A stretch of 58,684 bases of DNA from Thermoleophilaceae bacterium (GCA_045805345.1 JBJMLK010000141.1:1-58684); one strand, 5' to 3'; shown: positions 26,249-37,951, numbered from the stretch's first letter. Translations and numbers: made by a program. The notes: a model not told the origin generated them from the sequence alone.

Positions 26249-26956
26249 CTAAGCGAGCAGCCCCAGCCGCTGCGCCCGCAGGATGGCCTCGGCCCGGTTG
26301 CGGGCCTTCATCTTGCGGTACAGCGCGCTGGTGTGGTCCTTCACCGTGTGCGGCGAGAGGAACAGCCGCTCGGCGATCTCCCGGTTGGTGGAGCCGCCGG
26401 CGATCATCTCGAGCACCTCGCGCTCGCGCTCGGTGAGCAGGTTGGGCGGCTGCTCGGACTCCGGCGCGAACACCGTCATCCCGAGCCCGACCATGCGTGC
26501 CGCGCCCGCGATGTCGCGCGCGCCCCAGCCCTTGGGGACGAAGCCGGCCGCACCGACGGCCTTCGCCGAATGCGCTGACACGCGGTCGACGCCCGACATC
26601 AGGAGCACGCGCGTGACGGGGGAGACGTCGCGCACCTGCTCGCACAGATCGGCGCCCGACTCGCCGCCCAGCTGCAGGTCGACCACCGCCACGTGCGGCT
26701 GGTAGCGGCGAGCGAGCTCGAGCGCCTGTGCGGAGTTGTGCGCGGCCACGAAGCGCTCGACCCACGGCTCCGCGGCGAGCAGCATCTTGAAGCCCCAGTG
26801 GATCAGGTCCTGGCCGTCGACCAGCAGGACGCGCAGCCGCCGTTGCTCGTCGGCCGGGGGAAGCGGCTTGCCGCCGCTGATGGCCACGAGCGAGCCGCCA
26901 TTCGCCCCATTCCCGGCGTCACCGACCAACGATGCTTGCCCCCTCATTTCGAACAT
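26249..26956 (-). CDS. NarL/LuxR-family response regulator (no kinase gene adjacent)
   Basis: Receiver blocks RVLLVDGQD, VAVVDLQLGG, VLLMSG and GFVPKG. LuxR HTH LTEREREVLEMIAGGSTNREIAERLFLSPHTVKDHTSALYRKM. The start is ambiguous: ATG at 26956 or 26947, possibly further downstream. Confidence 0.9.
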   Translation of the reverse strand: MFEMRGQASLVGDAGNGANGGSLVAISGGKPLPPADEQRRLRVLLVDGQDLIHWGFKMLLAAEPWVERFVAAHNSAQALELARRYQPHVAVVDLQLGGESGADLCEQVRDVSPVTRVLLMSGVDRVSAHSAKAVGAAGFVPKGWGARDIAGAARMVGLGMTVFAPESEQPPNLLTEREREVLEMIAGGSTNREIAERLFLSPHTVKDHTSALYRKMKARNRAEAILRAQRLGLLA

Positions 26957-27101
26957 CCCCCGCTTACAGGAAGCGTTTCATACAAAAAAGATCTTGACTA
27001 CAGCAGAACTTCCAAACTTGCAGCACTTTCGTCGGAGCGGCATACAACAGACCGCGTCAAAAGGTCGACGAGTGCCCCATCTGGTAATCCGACCCCACTG
27101 C

Positions 27102-27107
27102 TAGGGT
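27102..27107 (+). promoter_or_regulatory. -10-like hexamer TAGGGT 8 nt upstream of the Rrf2 ATG (leaderless-type arrangement)
   Basis: A TANNNT hexamer at 27102..27107 with the ATG at 27116 and no Shine-Dalgarno sequence. It lies at the end of a comparatively AT-rich 159-nt divergent intergenic region. Confidence 0.3.
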
Positions 27108-27115
27108 TTACCGCG

Positions 27116-27574
27116 ATGACCTTCTCGGCCAAGACTGAGTACGGCGTGCGGCTGATGATCGAGCTCGGCCGCCACGAGGGTGACGAGCCCACGTCGCTCA
27201 AGGCGATCTCCGAGGCGGAGGGCCTGCCGCTCTCCTATCTCGAGCACGTGGTGGCGGACCTCAGGCGGGCGCGGCTCGTGACCTCCACGCGCGGCGCCCA
27301 TGGCGGCTACCACCTCGCGCGGCCCGCGCGGGAGATCGCCATGGACGAGGTGGTGCTGGCGCTCGAGGGCTCGGTATCGCCGATGGACTGCTTCGAGAGC
27401 CTCCCGCCCGAGCGGGTCGCCTGCTCGCATCAGGGCGACTCCGGCCAGACGTGCTCCACCCGCCTGCTCTGGCTGCGGGTGCAGGTCGGGATGCTCAAGG
27501 CCCTGCAGGGCACGACCCTCGGCGAGCTCGTGGAGTTCGCCGGCCGTACGCGCGAGCCCGCGGCGACGGCATGA
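27116..27574 (+). CDS. Rrf2-family transcriptional regulator (candidate Fe-S sensing regulator of the suf operon)
   Basis: Block TEYGVRLMIELGRH...LKAISEAEGLPLSYLEHVVADLRRARLVTSTRGAHGGYHLARP. Three Cys at positions 92, 103 and 113. Confidence 0.9.
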   Translation: MTFSAKTEYGVRLMIELGRHEGDEPTSLKAISEAEGLPLSYLEHVVADLRRARLVTSTRGAHGGYHLARPAREIAMDEVVLALEGSVSPMDCFESLPPERVACSHQGDSGQTCSTRLLWLRVQVGMLKALQGTTLGELVEFAGRTREPAATA

Positions 27575-27599
27575 CACGACTTCTTCACGACGGAGGCAA

Positions 27600-28366
<767 letters not shown>

Positions 28367-28367
<1 letters not shown>

Positions 28368-29623
28368 TGATGCAGGGCCTCGCCGACAGCGCGCTCGCAA
28401 CCCCGCTCGACGCCGCGGCCGTCGCGCGCGAGTTCCCGATCCTGCGCCGCGAGTTCGCCGGCAAGCCGCTCACCTACCTCGACAGCGCCAACACCGCGCA
28501 GAAGCCGCGCGCGGTGCTAGACGCGATCCACTCGGCGCTCGCCGAGCACAACGCCAACATCCACCGGGCGGTCTACCCGCTGGCGCACGAGTCGACCGAG
28601 GCGTTCGAGGGCGCCCGGCGGCGCATCGCCGCGCACCTCGGCGCCGCGTACGAGGAGGTCGTGTTCACGAAGAACGCCACCGAGGCGATCAACCTCGTGG
28701 CGTACTCGTGGGGCCGTACGAACGTGGGCCCGGGCGACGTGGTGCTGCTCACGGAGATGGAGCACCACTCGAACATCGTGCCGTGGCAGCTGCTAGCGCA
28801 GGAGCGCGGCGCCGAGCTGCGCTACGTGCCGGTCACGCCCGACGGCAAGCTCGACATGTCGGCGCTCGACCGCGCGCTCGCGCGCTCGCCCAAGCTGCTC
28901 TGCCTCGTGCACGTGTCGAACGTGCTCGGCACGATCAACCCCGTCGAGGAGATCGTGGCCCGCGCGCACCGCATGGGCACGCGCGTGCTCGTCGACGGCG
29001 CCCAGGCGGCGCCGCACCTCCAGCTCGACCTCCCCGCCATCGGCGCCGACTTCTACGTCTTCACCGGCCACAAGTGCTACGGGCCGACCGGCATCGGCGT
29101 GCTGCGCGCGAAGCGCGAGCTGCTCGAGGCGATGCCCCCGTTCCTGGCCGGCGGGGACATGATCAGCCGCGTGGACTGGCAGGAGTCCACCTGGGCCGAG
29201 GTGCCGCTCAAGTTCGAGGCGGGCACGTCGCCGTTCGTCGAGGCGCAGGGCCTGGCCACGGCGCTCGACTGGCTCGACGGGCTCGGCATGGAGGCGGTCG
29301 GCGCCCACGAGGCCGAGGTCACGGAGTACGCGCTCGGGCGGCTCGCGGAGCTGCCGGGGCTGACGATCCACGGCCCGGCCGTCGACGAGCCGCGCGGAAC
29401 CGCGATCTCGTTCGCCGTCGACGGCGTCCACCCGCACGACGTGGCGGAGATCCTCGGCCGGGAGGGCGTCTGCGTCCGAGCCGGACACCATTGCGCCCAG
29501 CCGCTCATGCGCAAGCTCGGCGTGCCGGCCACCTCGCGGGCGAGCATCGGCGTGCACAACACCACCGCCGACGTGGACCGCCTGATCGAGGGCCTCGACG
29601 AGGTCCGGAGGGTGTTCGCGTGA
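28367..29623 (+). CDS. sufS: Cysteine desulfurase SufS (class II aminotransferase V)
   Basis: Blocks HSNIVPWQ, FTGHKCYGPTGIG (PLP Lys) and RAGHHCAQP (active-site Cys). The start is GTG 28367 or ATG 28370. Confidence 0.95.
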
Positions 29624-30018
29624 TGGACGCGCTGTATCGCGAGCAGATCCTCGACCATTACAAGCACCCGCACAACTTCGGGGAGCTGGACGACGCCGAC
29701 CTCGAGTTCGAGGACAACAACCCGCTGTGCGGGGACGAGCTGCGCGTTCAGCTGAGGACCGGCGGCGACGGCCGGATCGAGGACGTCCGCTTCTCCGGCC
29801 AGGGCTGCGCGATCAGCCAGGCGTCGGCGTCGATGGTCTCCGACGAGATCAAGGGCATGACGCCGCAGGAGCTGCTCAAGCTCGACCGCGAGTTCGTGCT
29901 GGAGCTGCTCGGCATCGACATCTCGGCCACGCGGATGAAGTGCGCTCTGCTCTCGCTGAAGGTCCTCAAGAGCGCGAGCCTCGGCGCCTCGGCGCGGTGG
30001 GAGGACGGCGACCGATGA
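29623..30018 (+). CDS. sufU: SUF-type Fe-S scaffold / sulfur acceptor SufU (NifU N-terminal family)
   Basis: Blocks ILDHYKHPHNFG, NPLCGD, GQGCAIS and RMKCALL. The ATG overlaps the sufS stop (TGATG). Confidence 0.9.
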   Translation: MDALYREQILDHYKHPHNFGELDDADLEFEDNNPLCGDELRVQLRTGGDGRIEDVRFSGQGCAISQASASMVSDEIKGMTPQELLKLDREFVLELLGIDISATRMKCALLSLKVLKSASLGASARWEDGDR

Positions 30019-30353
30019 CCGCTACGCTCAGCTCGATGGCCGAGATCATCGACGTCTGCCCCGTATCCGAGCTCCCGCCCGGCGCCATGCGCATGGTCGA
30101 GTGGGAGGACCTCGAGATCGGGATCTTCAACTGCAAGGGCGAGATCCTCGCGATCGAGGACCGCTGCTCGCACGACAACGGCACGCTCGTCGAGGGCGAG
30201 CTCGACCAGGACGACTGCACCGTCGAGTGCCCGCGTCACGGCTCGCGCTTCGACCTGCACACGGGCAAGCCGTTGACCCTGCCGGCCTACGTTCCGGTCG
30301 AGACGTTCCCGGTCACGATCGAGGACGACACCATCAAGCTGGAGGTCGAGTAA
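30015..30353 (+). CDS. Rieske [2Fe-2S] ferredoxin-like protein embedded in the suf operon
   Basis: CSHDNG (CxH) and CPRHGS (CxxH) Rieske ligand motifs. ATGA overlap with sufU. Confidence 0.9.
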   Translation: MTATLSSMAEIIDVCPVSELPPGAMRMVEWEDLEIGIFNCKGEILAIEDRCSHDNGTLVEGELDQDDCTVECPRHGSRFDLHTGKPLTLPAYVPVETFPVTIEDDTIKLEVE

Positions 30354-31766
30354 ATGGCCACTCCCGATCTGACCACGATCAACTCCGACTACAAGGAGCG
30401 CTTCGGCTTCCACGACGCCGAGAACTACCTGTACAAGGCGCCGAAGGGGCTGAACCGCGAGATCGTCGAGAAGATCTCCGAGTTCAAGTCGGAGCCGCAG
30501 TGGATGCGCGACTTCCGGCTCAAGGCGCTCGACCACTTCCTCGCGCGTCCGATGCCCACCTGGGGCAGCCCCAAGCTCGCCGAGGTCGACTTCGACAACA
30601 TCCACTATTTCGTGCGCGCGTCCGAGCGCGCCGAGCGCTCGTGGGACGAGGTCCCGGACGACGTGAAGAAGACGTTCGACCGGCTCGGCATCCCCGAGGC
30701 GGAGCGCAAGTTCCTGTCCGGCGTGGGGGCGCAGTACGAGTCGGAGGTCGTGTACCACCAGGTGCGCGAGGACCTCGAGAAGCAGGGCGTGCAGTTCCTC
30801 GACATGGACTCCGCCCTGCGCGAGCACGAGGACCTCGTGCGCGAGTACTTCGCCACGATCATCCCGGCCAACGACAACAAGCTGGCCGCGCTCAACTCTG
30901 CCGTCTGGTCGGGCGGGTCGTTCGTCTACGTGCCGCCGGGGGTGCACGTGGAGATGCCTCTGCAGGCCTACATCCGGATCAACACCGAGAACATGGGCCA
31001 GTTCGAACGCACGTTGATCATCGCCGACGAGGGCTCGTACGTGCACTACGTGGAGGGCTGCACGGCGCCCACGTACTCGTCGGACTCGCTGCACTCCGCG
31101 GTGGTCGAGCTGATCGCCAAGCCAGGCGCGCGGATCCGCTACACGACCGTGCAGAACTGGTCGCAGAACGTCTTCAACCTGGTCACCAAGCGTGCGGTCG
31201 CCGAGGCCGGCGCGACCGTCGAGTGGGTCGACTGCAACCTCGGCTCGAAGCTCACGATGAAGTACCCGTCCGTCTACCTCATGGGCGAGGAGGCGCACGG
31301 CGAGATCCTCTCGATCGCCTTCGCGGGCAAGGGCCAGCACCAGGACGCCGGCGGCAAGATCATCCACGCGGCGCCGCGCACCACGTCGAACATCTTCGCC
31401 AAGTCGATCTCCAAGGACGGCGGGCGGTCGAGCTACCGCGGGCTGCTCGAGGTCGCAAAGGGCGCCACCGAGGCGCGCTCGAAGGTCGTGTGCGACGCCC
31501 TGCTGCTCGACGAGGACTCGCGCTCCGACACCTACCCGACGATCCGGATCGGCGAGGACGACGTGGACGTGGGCCACGAGGCCACGGTCTCGAAGATCGG
31601 CGAGGAGCAGCTCTTCTACCTCCAGTCGCACGGCATCCCGGAGGAGGAGGCGTCGAAGCTGATCGTGAACGGCTTCATCGAGCCGATCACGAAGGAGCTG
31701 CCGATGGAGTACGCCGTCGAGATGAACCGGCTGATCGAGCTCCAGATGGAGGGCTCGATTGGCTAG
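30354..31766 (+). CDS. sufB: Fe-S cluster assembly scaffold SufB
   Basis: 470 aa. Blocks [48 protein letters not shown] and FYLQSHGI. No intein-sized insertion is present. Confidence 0.95.
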   Translation: MATPDLTTINSDYKERFGFHDAENYLYKAPKGLNREIVEKISEFKSEPQWMRDFRLKALDHFLARPMPTWGSPKLAEVDFDNIHYFVRASERAERSWDEVPDDVKKTFDRLGIPEAERKFLSGVGAQYESEVVYHQVREDLEKQGVQFLDMDSALREHEDLVREYFATIIPANDNKLAALNSAVWSGGSFVYVPPGVHVEMPLQAYIRINTENMGQFERTLIIADEGSYVHYVEGCTAPTYSSDSLHSAVVELIAKPGARIRYTTVQNWSQNVFNLVTKRAVAEAGATVEWVDCNLGSKLTMKYPSVYLMGEEAHGEILSIAFAGKGQHQDAGGKIIHAAPRTTSNIFAKSISKDGGRSSYRGLLEVAKGATEARSKVVCDALLLDEDSRSDTYPTIRIGEDDVDVGHEATVSKIGEEQLFYLQSHGIPEEEASKLIVNGFIEPITKELPMEYAVEMNRLIELQMEGSIG

Positions 31767-32907
31767 CGCGGCAGCCGCCGCTGCGCCTCCCCTCCCCGAG
31801 TTCAAAGGCAGGCCCGGCTGGGAGTTCACCGACCTGACGGGCCTCGACCTCGACGCCTACGAGCCGGCGCCGCCGGCCGCGGGCGGCGAGCCCGTCCTGG
31901 CCGTGCCGCGCGAGAGCGCCGCGGGCCTGGGCGACGCGATCGTCTGCACGCTCGCCGAGGCCGTCGAGCGGCACGCCGAGCTGGTCGAGCCGCATCTCGG
32001 CACCGTCGTCGCCGCCGACGACCCGTTCGTGGCGCGCAACGCCTGGCAGGAGGGACTGTTCGTGTACGTGCCGCGCGGCGTCCGGCTCGATGAGCCGATC
32101 GCGCGCGACGCCGTGACCGGCGAGGCCGGCACCGCGCTGAGCCACCGCACGCTGATCGTGCTCGAGGAGGGCGCCGAGGCGGAGGTCTGGGAGCAGTACC
32201 TCAGCTCCGAGGAGGGCGAGACGCTGTTCAACGTGGTGACCGAGATCGTGGTCGGTCCGAACGCCACGCTCCGCTACGTGGCCGCCCAGGGCCTGTCCGA
32301 GAAGAGCTGGGTCTTCGGCACCCAGCGCGCGGTGGTCGACCGCGACGGCGCCCTCGACTGGGTCGCGCTCGGCTTCGGGTCGGCGCGCGGGAAGGTGCGG
32401 ATGGAGACGCAGCTGGCCGGCGCTGGCGCCGGCGCCAAGGTGACCGGCGCGTACGCGGGGCGCGGGCGCCAGCACCTGGACTTCGACACCACCCAGGAGC
32501 ACGCCGCCCCCAACACCACCTCCGACCTCGCCTTCCGCGGCGTGCTCGGCGGCCGCTCGACGGCCGTCTGGCGCGGGATGATCAAGGTCGACCCGGGCGC
32601 GCAGCAGACCGACGCCTTCCAGGAGAGCCGCAACCTGCTGCTGTCCAAGCGCGCGCACGCCGACGCGATCCCGGGCCTCGAGATCGAGGCGAACGACGTG
32701 CGCTGCACGCACGCCGCGGCGATCGCGCAGATCGACCGCGAGCAGCTCTTCTACCTGATGTCGCGCGGCCTGCGGCGCGAGCAGGCCACTCGGCTCGTGA
32801 TCGACGGCTTCCTGCAGGCGCTCGTGGAGCGCTTCGCCGCGGGCCCGCTGCGCGAGTCGGTGGCCGGGGCGCTCGAGCGGCGGCTCGAGGCCGTGCTCGG
32901 CTCCTAG
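31759..32907 (+). CDS. sufD: Fe-S cluster assembly protein SufD
   Basis: SufB/D-family C-terminal blocks ([40 protein letters not shown]). TTG start overlapping the sufB end. Confidence 0.9.
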   Translation: MASAAAAAAPPLPEFKGRPGWEFTDLTGLDLDAYEPAPPAAGGEPVLAVPRESAAGLGDAIVCTLAEAVERHAELVEPHLGTVVAADDPFVARNAWQEGLFVYVPRGVRLDEPIARDAVTGEAGTALSHRTLIVLEEGAEAEVWEQYLSSEEGETLFNVVTEIVVGPNATLRYVAAQGLSEKSWVFGTQRAVVDRDGALDWVALGFGSARGKVRMETQLAGAGAGAKVTGAYAGRGRQHLDFDTTQEHAAPNTTSDLAFRGVLGGRSTAVWRGMIKVDPGAQQTDAFQESRNLLLSKRAHADAIPGLEIEANDVRCTHAAAIAQIDREQLFYLMSRGLRREQATRLVIDGFLQALVERFAAGPLRESVAGALERRLEAVLGS

Positions 32908-32998
32908 CGTGCCGCGGCGGAAGCCCTTCCGGGTCGTGGCGCCCTGAGCCGCTCGGCTGAGTAATCTCCGCGCCGTCATCTCGGGCAGGGGGGCCTTC

Positions 32999-33643
32999 AT
33001 GCGGGGACGGTGCTTGTTGGGAGTCGCGGCGTGCGCCGCGGGAATCGCGCTGGGGGCGACCGCCGCTCAGGCGGCGGACGTGCGCGGCGTGGAGGTCCGG
33101 CCGGGTACGCCGGGGCTGGAGCTCACGGCCGCGGCGGGCGAGCGTAACGACGTCAGGGTCGTGCAGAACCTGCACCCGTCGACGTCCTCGCCGGGCTCCC
33201 TCGACACGATCACCGTCGCCGACAGGGGGGCGACCCTCACGACCGGCGGCGACCACCCGTGCCGGCTGCTGTCGGCGCACAAGGCGCGCTGCGTGTCGTT
33301 CGCGGCCTCGTGGGCGACGGTCGAGTTGTCGCTCGGCGACGGCCCCGACCGCGTTCGGATGCCGTCGCTCTCCGGCTATCCCGCGACGACCATCTACTCG
33401 AACGGCGGCGACGGGAATCGCTTCTACGTGCGCGGCACGAACACCTGGGTCTGGGGCGCCGGCACCGGCGACCTCGTGCGCTTCCGGCCGCCCGGCGGCG
33501 GCGGCGTGATCGCCGGCGGCTCGCCGCGGCTGTGGCTCGTGGACGGCGCCGCGGAGTCCGTCGAGTGCAGGACGGCGGGCGACCCGCGGATCTTCGCCGA
33601 CCCGCTCGACACCGTCTCCTACTGCGGCAGCGCCTCCCCCTAG
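32999..33643 (+). CDS. Small secreted hypothetical protein (paralog A of 42745..43461)
   Basis: Signal peptide MRGRCLLGVAACAAGIALGATAAQA. Blocks shared with the paralog: LLSAHKARC, DGPDR, GNRF, VRF(R/K)PPGGGGVI(A/T)GGSP, LVDGA and DPLD. Confidence 0.7.
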   Translation: MRGRCLLGVAACAAGIALGATAAQAADVRGVEVRPGTPGLELTAAAGERNDVRVVQNLHPSTSSPGSLDTITVADRGATLTTGGDHPCRLLSAHKARCVSFAASWATVELSLGDGPDRVRMPSLSGYPATTIYSNGGDGNRFYVRGTNTWVWGAGTGDLVRFRPPGGGGVIAGGSPRLWLVDGAAESVECRTAGDPRIFADPLDTVSYCGSASP

Positions 33644-34578
33644 GGGGCGACGCCCTCCACGAACCGCCTCAGGCCGAGGTTGAACGGCACGGCCTTGCGC
33701 CCGGGCACGTGACCCGCGCCCGGGATCACCTGGAGCTCGCCGCGCAGGTCCTCGGCGAGCGCCGCCGCCCAGTGCGGCATGGCCACCTGCTCCAGCTCGC
33801 CGACCATCACCAGGGACGGCAGCCGGAGCTCGCGCACCAGAGGCCGCAGCTCCGTGTACGACTGCGCGAGCCGCTCGGCCGAGGACTCGTAGTCCGCCAT
33901 GTCCGACGCGTCGAGGGTCGCGAGCACCACCTCCGGCGTGGTCTCGAGCGACATCCCGAGGCCGAACTCGACCGACCGCGCGCTGTGCGGCTCGTTCGCG
34001 CAGATGCGCGTCCACATGTCCGCGAAGTCGCGGTAGTGGTCGCGGATGAAGTAGCGGTTCTGCCCGCGGCAGTCGTCGTAACTCTCGAGCTCCTCGTTGT
34101 ACGGGATCGTCGACCACTCGGGAAACGGCGCGCTCTTCGCGTACACCGTGGGGCCGATGAACACGGCCGCCTGCACGCGCTCGGGCGAGTGCGCGCACAC
34201 CATCGCGTTCCACGCGGTGCCGGCCGACAGCGACACGCTCACGACCCGGTCGGTGCCCGTCGCGTCGAGCACGGCCAGCGCGTCGAACGCGAACTCGTGC
34301 GCCATGTAGGCGGCGGCCTCGAGCGGCCGGTCCGAGCGGCCGTTCCCGCGGCCGTCGAACACGACCACGCGGAAGTGACGCGCCAGGTACGCGATCTGCG
34401 CGCGCCAGATGCGCGAATGGACGATCGACCAGGTCGGCAGGAGCAGGACCGTGGTCGTGCCGTGGCCGTAGACCTCGTAGAAGGTGCGCACGCCGTCGCG
34501 CTCCACGAAGCCGGAGTCGCGCGGCAGGATCGCCCGCGAGCCCTGGTACTCGGTGGTGCCGGCCTCGAGGGCGATCAC
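33640..34578 (-). CDS. Alpha/beta hydrolase fold protein (tandem paralog 1)
   Basis: Blocks WRAQIAYLARHFRVVVFDGRGNGRSDRP and a nucleophile-elbow-like VSLSAG. GTG start overlapping the upstream stop (GTGA). Confidence 0.85.
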   Translation of the reverse strand: MIALEAGTTEYQGSRAILPRDSGFVERDGVRTFYEVYGHGTTTVLLLPTWSIVHSRIWRAQIAYLARHFRVVVFDGRGNGRSDRPLEAAAYMAHEFAFDALAVLDATGTDRVVSVSLSAGTAWNAMVCAHSPERVQAAVFIGPTVYAKSAPFPEWSTIPYNEELESYDDCRGQNRYFIRDHYRDFADMWTRICANEPHSARSVEFGLGMSLETTPEVVLATLDASDMADYESSAERLAQSYTELRPLVRELRLPSLVMVGELEQVAMPHWAAALAEDLRGELQVIPGAGHVPGRKAVPFNLGLRRFVEGVAP

Positions 34579-35522
34579 GCGACCCGCTCCCTTCCGTGCG
34601 CCGCGCCGGCGCGCACCGACTCGAGGAACTCGCGCAGCACGACGTTCATCGCCACCGGTTGGCGCGAGCCCACGAGCGGCCCGCGGCCCTCGAACACGTG
34701 CAGCCGCCCGCCGGTGGCCTCAGCCAGCGGGCCGCTCGTGTGCTTGGGGTACATCGCCTGGCCGCCGTTCTGGGTGACGAGCACCGGGCAGCGCACCCGC
34801 CGCGCCTCCTCGAGGGCCTCGTCGCGGTCGTACATGTCGAACCCGACGGTGGCGCGGATCAACGTCTCGGCGTCGGTCTGCAGCGCCTGCGAGACGATCT
34901 CCTCGATCTGCCGCACCGAGTGCGGGTTGGGGCTCACCCAGCGCGCGAACCACTCGGCGAACCCGCGGTAGTCCTCGCGCCAGTAGTGCGGGTTCATCTT
35001 GCTCGTGCCGTCGTAGCGCTCCCTGCCGCCGGCCGAGAACCAGTCCACGAACGCACGCTCGGCCCACAGCTGCGGCGTGATGAACACGCTCGCGCGCACG
35101 CGCTCCGGGTGGTTGGCGGCGAGGTCGAGCGCGAGCGCGGCCCGAGGGCTGCCGGACACGATCATCGCGCCCTCGGTTCCGGTCGCGTCGAGCACCGCGA
35201 GCGTGTCGGCCACGTGCGCCGCGCGCGAGTACGCCGCGGCGTGGGACGGGCGGTCCGAGCGGCCGTTGCCGCGCGGGTCGAAGACCACCACCCGGAAGTG
35301 GCGGGCCAGGTACGGCACCTGCGCTCGCCACGTCCGCGAGTCGTTGAGCGCCCACGGCGGCAGGAAGCAGACCACGTCGCCGGACTCGCCGAACGCCTCC
35401 CAGTACACGCGCACGCCGGCCTCGTCCTCCACGTAGCCCGAGTCGTCGGGCCGGCGGGCGCGGGACGACGGCAGCTTGGCCAGCACGTCGTCCGGGATCC
35501 GGTCGGGCACGGCGACGGTCAC
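34575..35522 (-). CDS. Alpha/beta hydrolase fold protein (tandem paralog 2)
   Basis: Block WRAQVPYLARHFRVVVFDPRGNGRSDRP. The GTG start at 35522 was located by residue counting (315 aa) and overlaps the glycosyltransferase stop. Confidence 0.85.
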   Translation of the reverse strand: MTVAVPDRIPDDVLAKLPSSRARRPDDSGYVEDEAGVRVYWEAFGESGDVVCFLPPWALNDSRTWRAQVPYLARHFRVVVFDPRGNGRSDRPSHAAAYSRAAHVADTLAVLDATGTEGAMIVSGSPRAALALDLAANHPERVRASVFITPQLWAERAFVDWFSAGGRERYDGTSKMNPHYWREDYRGFAEWFARWVSPNPHSVRQIEEIVSQALQTDAETLIRATVGFDMYDRDEALEEARRVRCPVLVTQNGGQAMYPKHTSGPLAEATGGRLHVFEGRGPLVGSRQPVAMNVVLREFLESVRAGAAHGRERVA

Positions 35523-36724
35523 AGCATCTCCGCCAGTCGCTCTGCGGCGCGCCGGGCGCCGTCGGTCTCCACGTCCCTGTAGGCGACCTCGCGCCCGATC
35601 TCCGCCGCGATCGCGTCCGCGATCAGCTCCGGCGGCGAGTCGTCGTACTCCATCCGCCGCCCGGCGCCGTAGCGGTCGAGGCGCTGAGGCACGTGGATGC
35701 GCTGCTCGAAGTGGTGCTTGAGGGGGAAGTAGAGGAACGGGCGCTTGTTGGCGGTCAGCTCCATCGCGGTGGTCAGGCCGCCCTGCACGACGGCGAGGTC
35801 GCACGCGGCCAGGTGTCGGTAGAGGTTGTGCACGTAGGCGCGCACCTCGAGCCCGTCGCTCTGGGGCAGCGAAGCGGGGTCGATCCGCGGCCCCGCCACC
35901 ACGATCATGCGCAGCTCGGGCACGCGCTCCTTCGCCAGCGGATGGGCGTCGATCACGCGCCTCAGGAGGCTCTCGCCCACGCCCGAGCCGCCGACGCTCA
36001 CCAGGCAGACCTTCTCCTCGGGGGCGTAGCCCAGCTCGGCGCGCAGAGCCTCGCGGTCGGCCAAGTCCGACGGGTCGAAGCCCGACACGTAGCCCGGGAA
36101 CTCGAAGTGCTCGCGCGTCCAGTCGGCGATCATCGGCAGCCGCTCGCCCAGCGGGGCTGGCACGATGTCCTCCTCGTTGCCCACGAACAGCGAGCGGTCG
36201 CGCAGCCTCGGGAGCTCGGCGATGTGGTCGATCATCTGCTCGTTGTAGTCGTGCGCGAGGAAGCGCTCGTAGTCGTCGGCGTCGTCCACCGGCAGGAGGC
36301 CGACGAAGTCCGTGAGCCACGCGTAGTTGGCGTTCTTCAGCTCCGGGTTCTCGTGCAGGTAGTAGTCGATCTCCCAGCCCTCGTCGGCGATCCAGAGGTC
36401 GTAGCGCTCGTCGGCCACCACGTCGTGGAAGAGCATGAAGTTCGCGATCAGGATCTCGTCCATCCGCCGCCACGCGTGGAAGCAGTGGAGGTCGTGCTCG
36501 GAGGACTCCGACTCGAAGTGACCGGACTCGCTGGCCAGGTGCTTGCTGGCCGGGTGGATGCGCTCGCCCTCGGCCTCGAGCACGCGCGTGACGGGGTCCT
36601 GGGCCAGCCAGTCGATCTCGACGCCGGGCGATAGCGCGCGGAGCTCGCGCGCTATCGCCACGTCGCGTTGAGCGTGTCCGAGCCCGATCGGGGACGAGAT
36701 GAACAGTGCACGCTTGCGGCTCAT
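35519..36724 (-). CDS. GT-B fold glycosyltransferase (GT1/GT28-like)
   Basis: N-terminal ALFISSPIGLGHAQRDVAIAREL and C-terminal LAACDLAVVQGGLTTAMELTANKRPFLYFP blocks are typical of MGT/MurG-like GT-B enzymes. Confidence 0.8.
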   Translation of the reverse strand: MSRKRALFISSPIGLGHAQRDVAIARELRALSPGVEIDWLAQDPVTRVLEAEGERIHPASKHLASESGHFESESSEHDLHCFHAWRRMDEILIANFMLFHDVVADERYDLWIADEGWEIDYYLHENPELKNANYAWLTDFVGLLPVDDADDYERFLAHDYNEQMIDHIAELPRLRDRSLFVGNEEDIVPAPLGERLPMIADWTREHFEFPGYVSGFDPSDLADREALRAELGYAPEEKVCLVSVGGSGVGESLLRRVIDAHPLAKERVPELRMIVVAGPRIDPASLPQSDGLEVRAYVHNLYRHLAACDLAVVQGGLTTAMELTANKRPFLYFPLKHHFEQRIHVPQRLDRYGAGRRMEYDDSPPELIADAIAAEIGREVAYRDVETDGARRAAERLAEML

Positions 36725-36751
36725 CCGACACCTCCGTTTCGGGCTCGCACG

Positions 36752-37825
36752 TTACGCCCTCAGCTCGTAGAGGACCGAGAACGGGTCCTCGATCGGGAGC
36801 TTCCGGAACTTCGAGAAGCCGGCCGCGTACGCCAGCTCGCGCGCCTTCTCCTCGCCCATGCAGGCGCCGATGCCGGCGCCGTCGTGCGCCAGCGAGGTGG
36901 TCATGCAGTACAGCGTGCTCACGTTGTAGAGGAACTTGCCGAGCGGGTGGCGGTTCTCCTCCACGTCGCCCGACGCGTTCATCTCGAGCATCAGGTAGCT
37001 GCCGCCCTCGCGCAGCGACCTGCGGATCGACGTCATCAGCCCGACCGGGTCGACCGAGTCGTGGACCACGTCGAACGTCGACACGAAGTCGAAGCGGTCC
37101 TCGGGCAGGTCGCCGCCGTCCACGACCTCGAACGTCGTGCGGTCGGCCACGCCCTCGGCGGCCGCGTTCGCGCGCGCCCGCTCGACCGATCCCGCGTGCA
37201 CGTCGTAGCCGGACACGCGCGCCTGCGGGAACGCCTTGGCGAGCGTGATCGCCGCCAGGCCGCCGCCGCAGCCCACGTCGAGCGCCGTGCCGCCGGCCTC
37301 GAGCTTGGCCTGCGCGTCGGTCATCGCCGGCACCCACTCCTGCACGAGGTGGTGCTTGTACCAGGGCGCGGTGCCGCGCTCGATCCCCTCGTACATGTCC
37401 GGCAGGTACTCGTCCTGCGTCACGCCGCCGCCGCTCCTGAACGCCTCCGCCACCTTCGGCGCGACGGTCACGGTCGGGACGATCATCTGGAGGAACCCGC
37501 CGGTGAAGAACGGGAAGTCCTCGTCCGCCAGCGGCAGCGCGTGCTCGACCGGCAGCCGGTAGGTGCCCGTGGCCGGGTCGTGCTCGACGTACTCGGCGGT
37601 CGACAGCGAGCCGAGCCACTCGCGCAGGTAGCGCTCGTTCAACCCGGTCCGGTCCGCCAGCTCGCCGGGCGTGACGGGTTCGCCGTCGGCGAGTGCCTTG
37701 AAGATGCCGAGCCGGTCGCCGATGTACAGCAGCCCGCCGCGCATCGCCGTGCCGACGTCGAGCACCACCCGCTCGACGAACGCCTCGACCTTGGCCTGGT
37801 CCAGCTCAGGGGTTGTGGCAGTCAT
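36752..37825 (-). CDS. Class I SAM-dependent methyltransferase
   Basis: An internal ATG at 37825 (MTATTPELDQ...) has a GGAGG 7 nt upstream. SAM motif I is ALDVGCGGGLAA. Confidence 0.9.
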   Translation of the reverse strand: MTATTPELDQAKVEAFVERVVLDVGTAMRGGLLYIGDRLGIFKALADGEPVTPGELADRTGLNERYLREWLGSLSTAEYVEHDPATGTYRLPVEHALPLADEDFPFFTGGFLQMIVPTVTVAPKVAEAFRSGGGVTQDEYLPDMYEGIERGTAPWYKHHLVQEWVPAMTDAQAKLEAGGTALDVGCGGGLAAITLAKAFPQARVSGYDVHAGSVERARANAAAEGVADRTTFEVVDGGDLPEDRFDFVSTFDVVHDSVDPVGLMTSIRRSLREGGSYLMLEMNASGDVEENRHPLGKFLYNVSTLYCMTTSLAHDGAGIGACMGEEKARELAYAAGFSKFRKLPIEDPFSVLYELRA

Positions 37826-37889
37826 TCCACGGCCTCCTCTGTTGGTTGCCCCACTCCGCCACCGTCCCAGGGCGCCGTTGCGCCAGCGC

Positions 37890-37918
37890 GAATCGACCGC
37901 GAAACGCCCGTGAAACCC
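37890..37918 (+). promoter_or_regulatory. Three direct heptamers GAATCGA / GAAACGC / GAAACCC with exact 11-bp phasing (candidate SARP binding site)
   Basis: The heptamers start at 37890, 37901 and 37912. They lie in the 139-nt divergent region between the methyltransferase operon and the SARP-family regulator gene. Confidence 0.45.
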
Positions 37919-37951
37919 TGCAACAGGGGGCCAGGCCACCTGATGCACGCG

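Noticed and set aside
26249-26956. An atypical or pseudo response regulator (acidic pocket DD reads DG; about 38-aa N-terminal extension; no adjacent kinase).
   Set aside because: The phospho-acceptor Asp, the conserved Ser and the Lys are all present. The N-terminal extension may simply reflect a mis-set start. Orphan NarL-type regulators are common.
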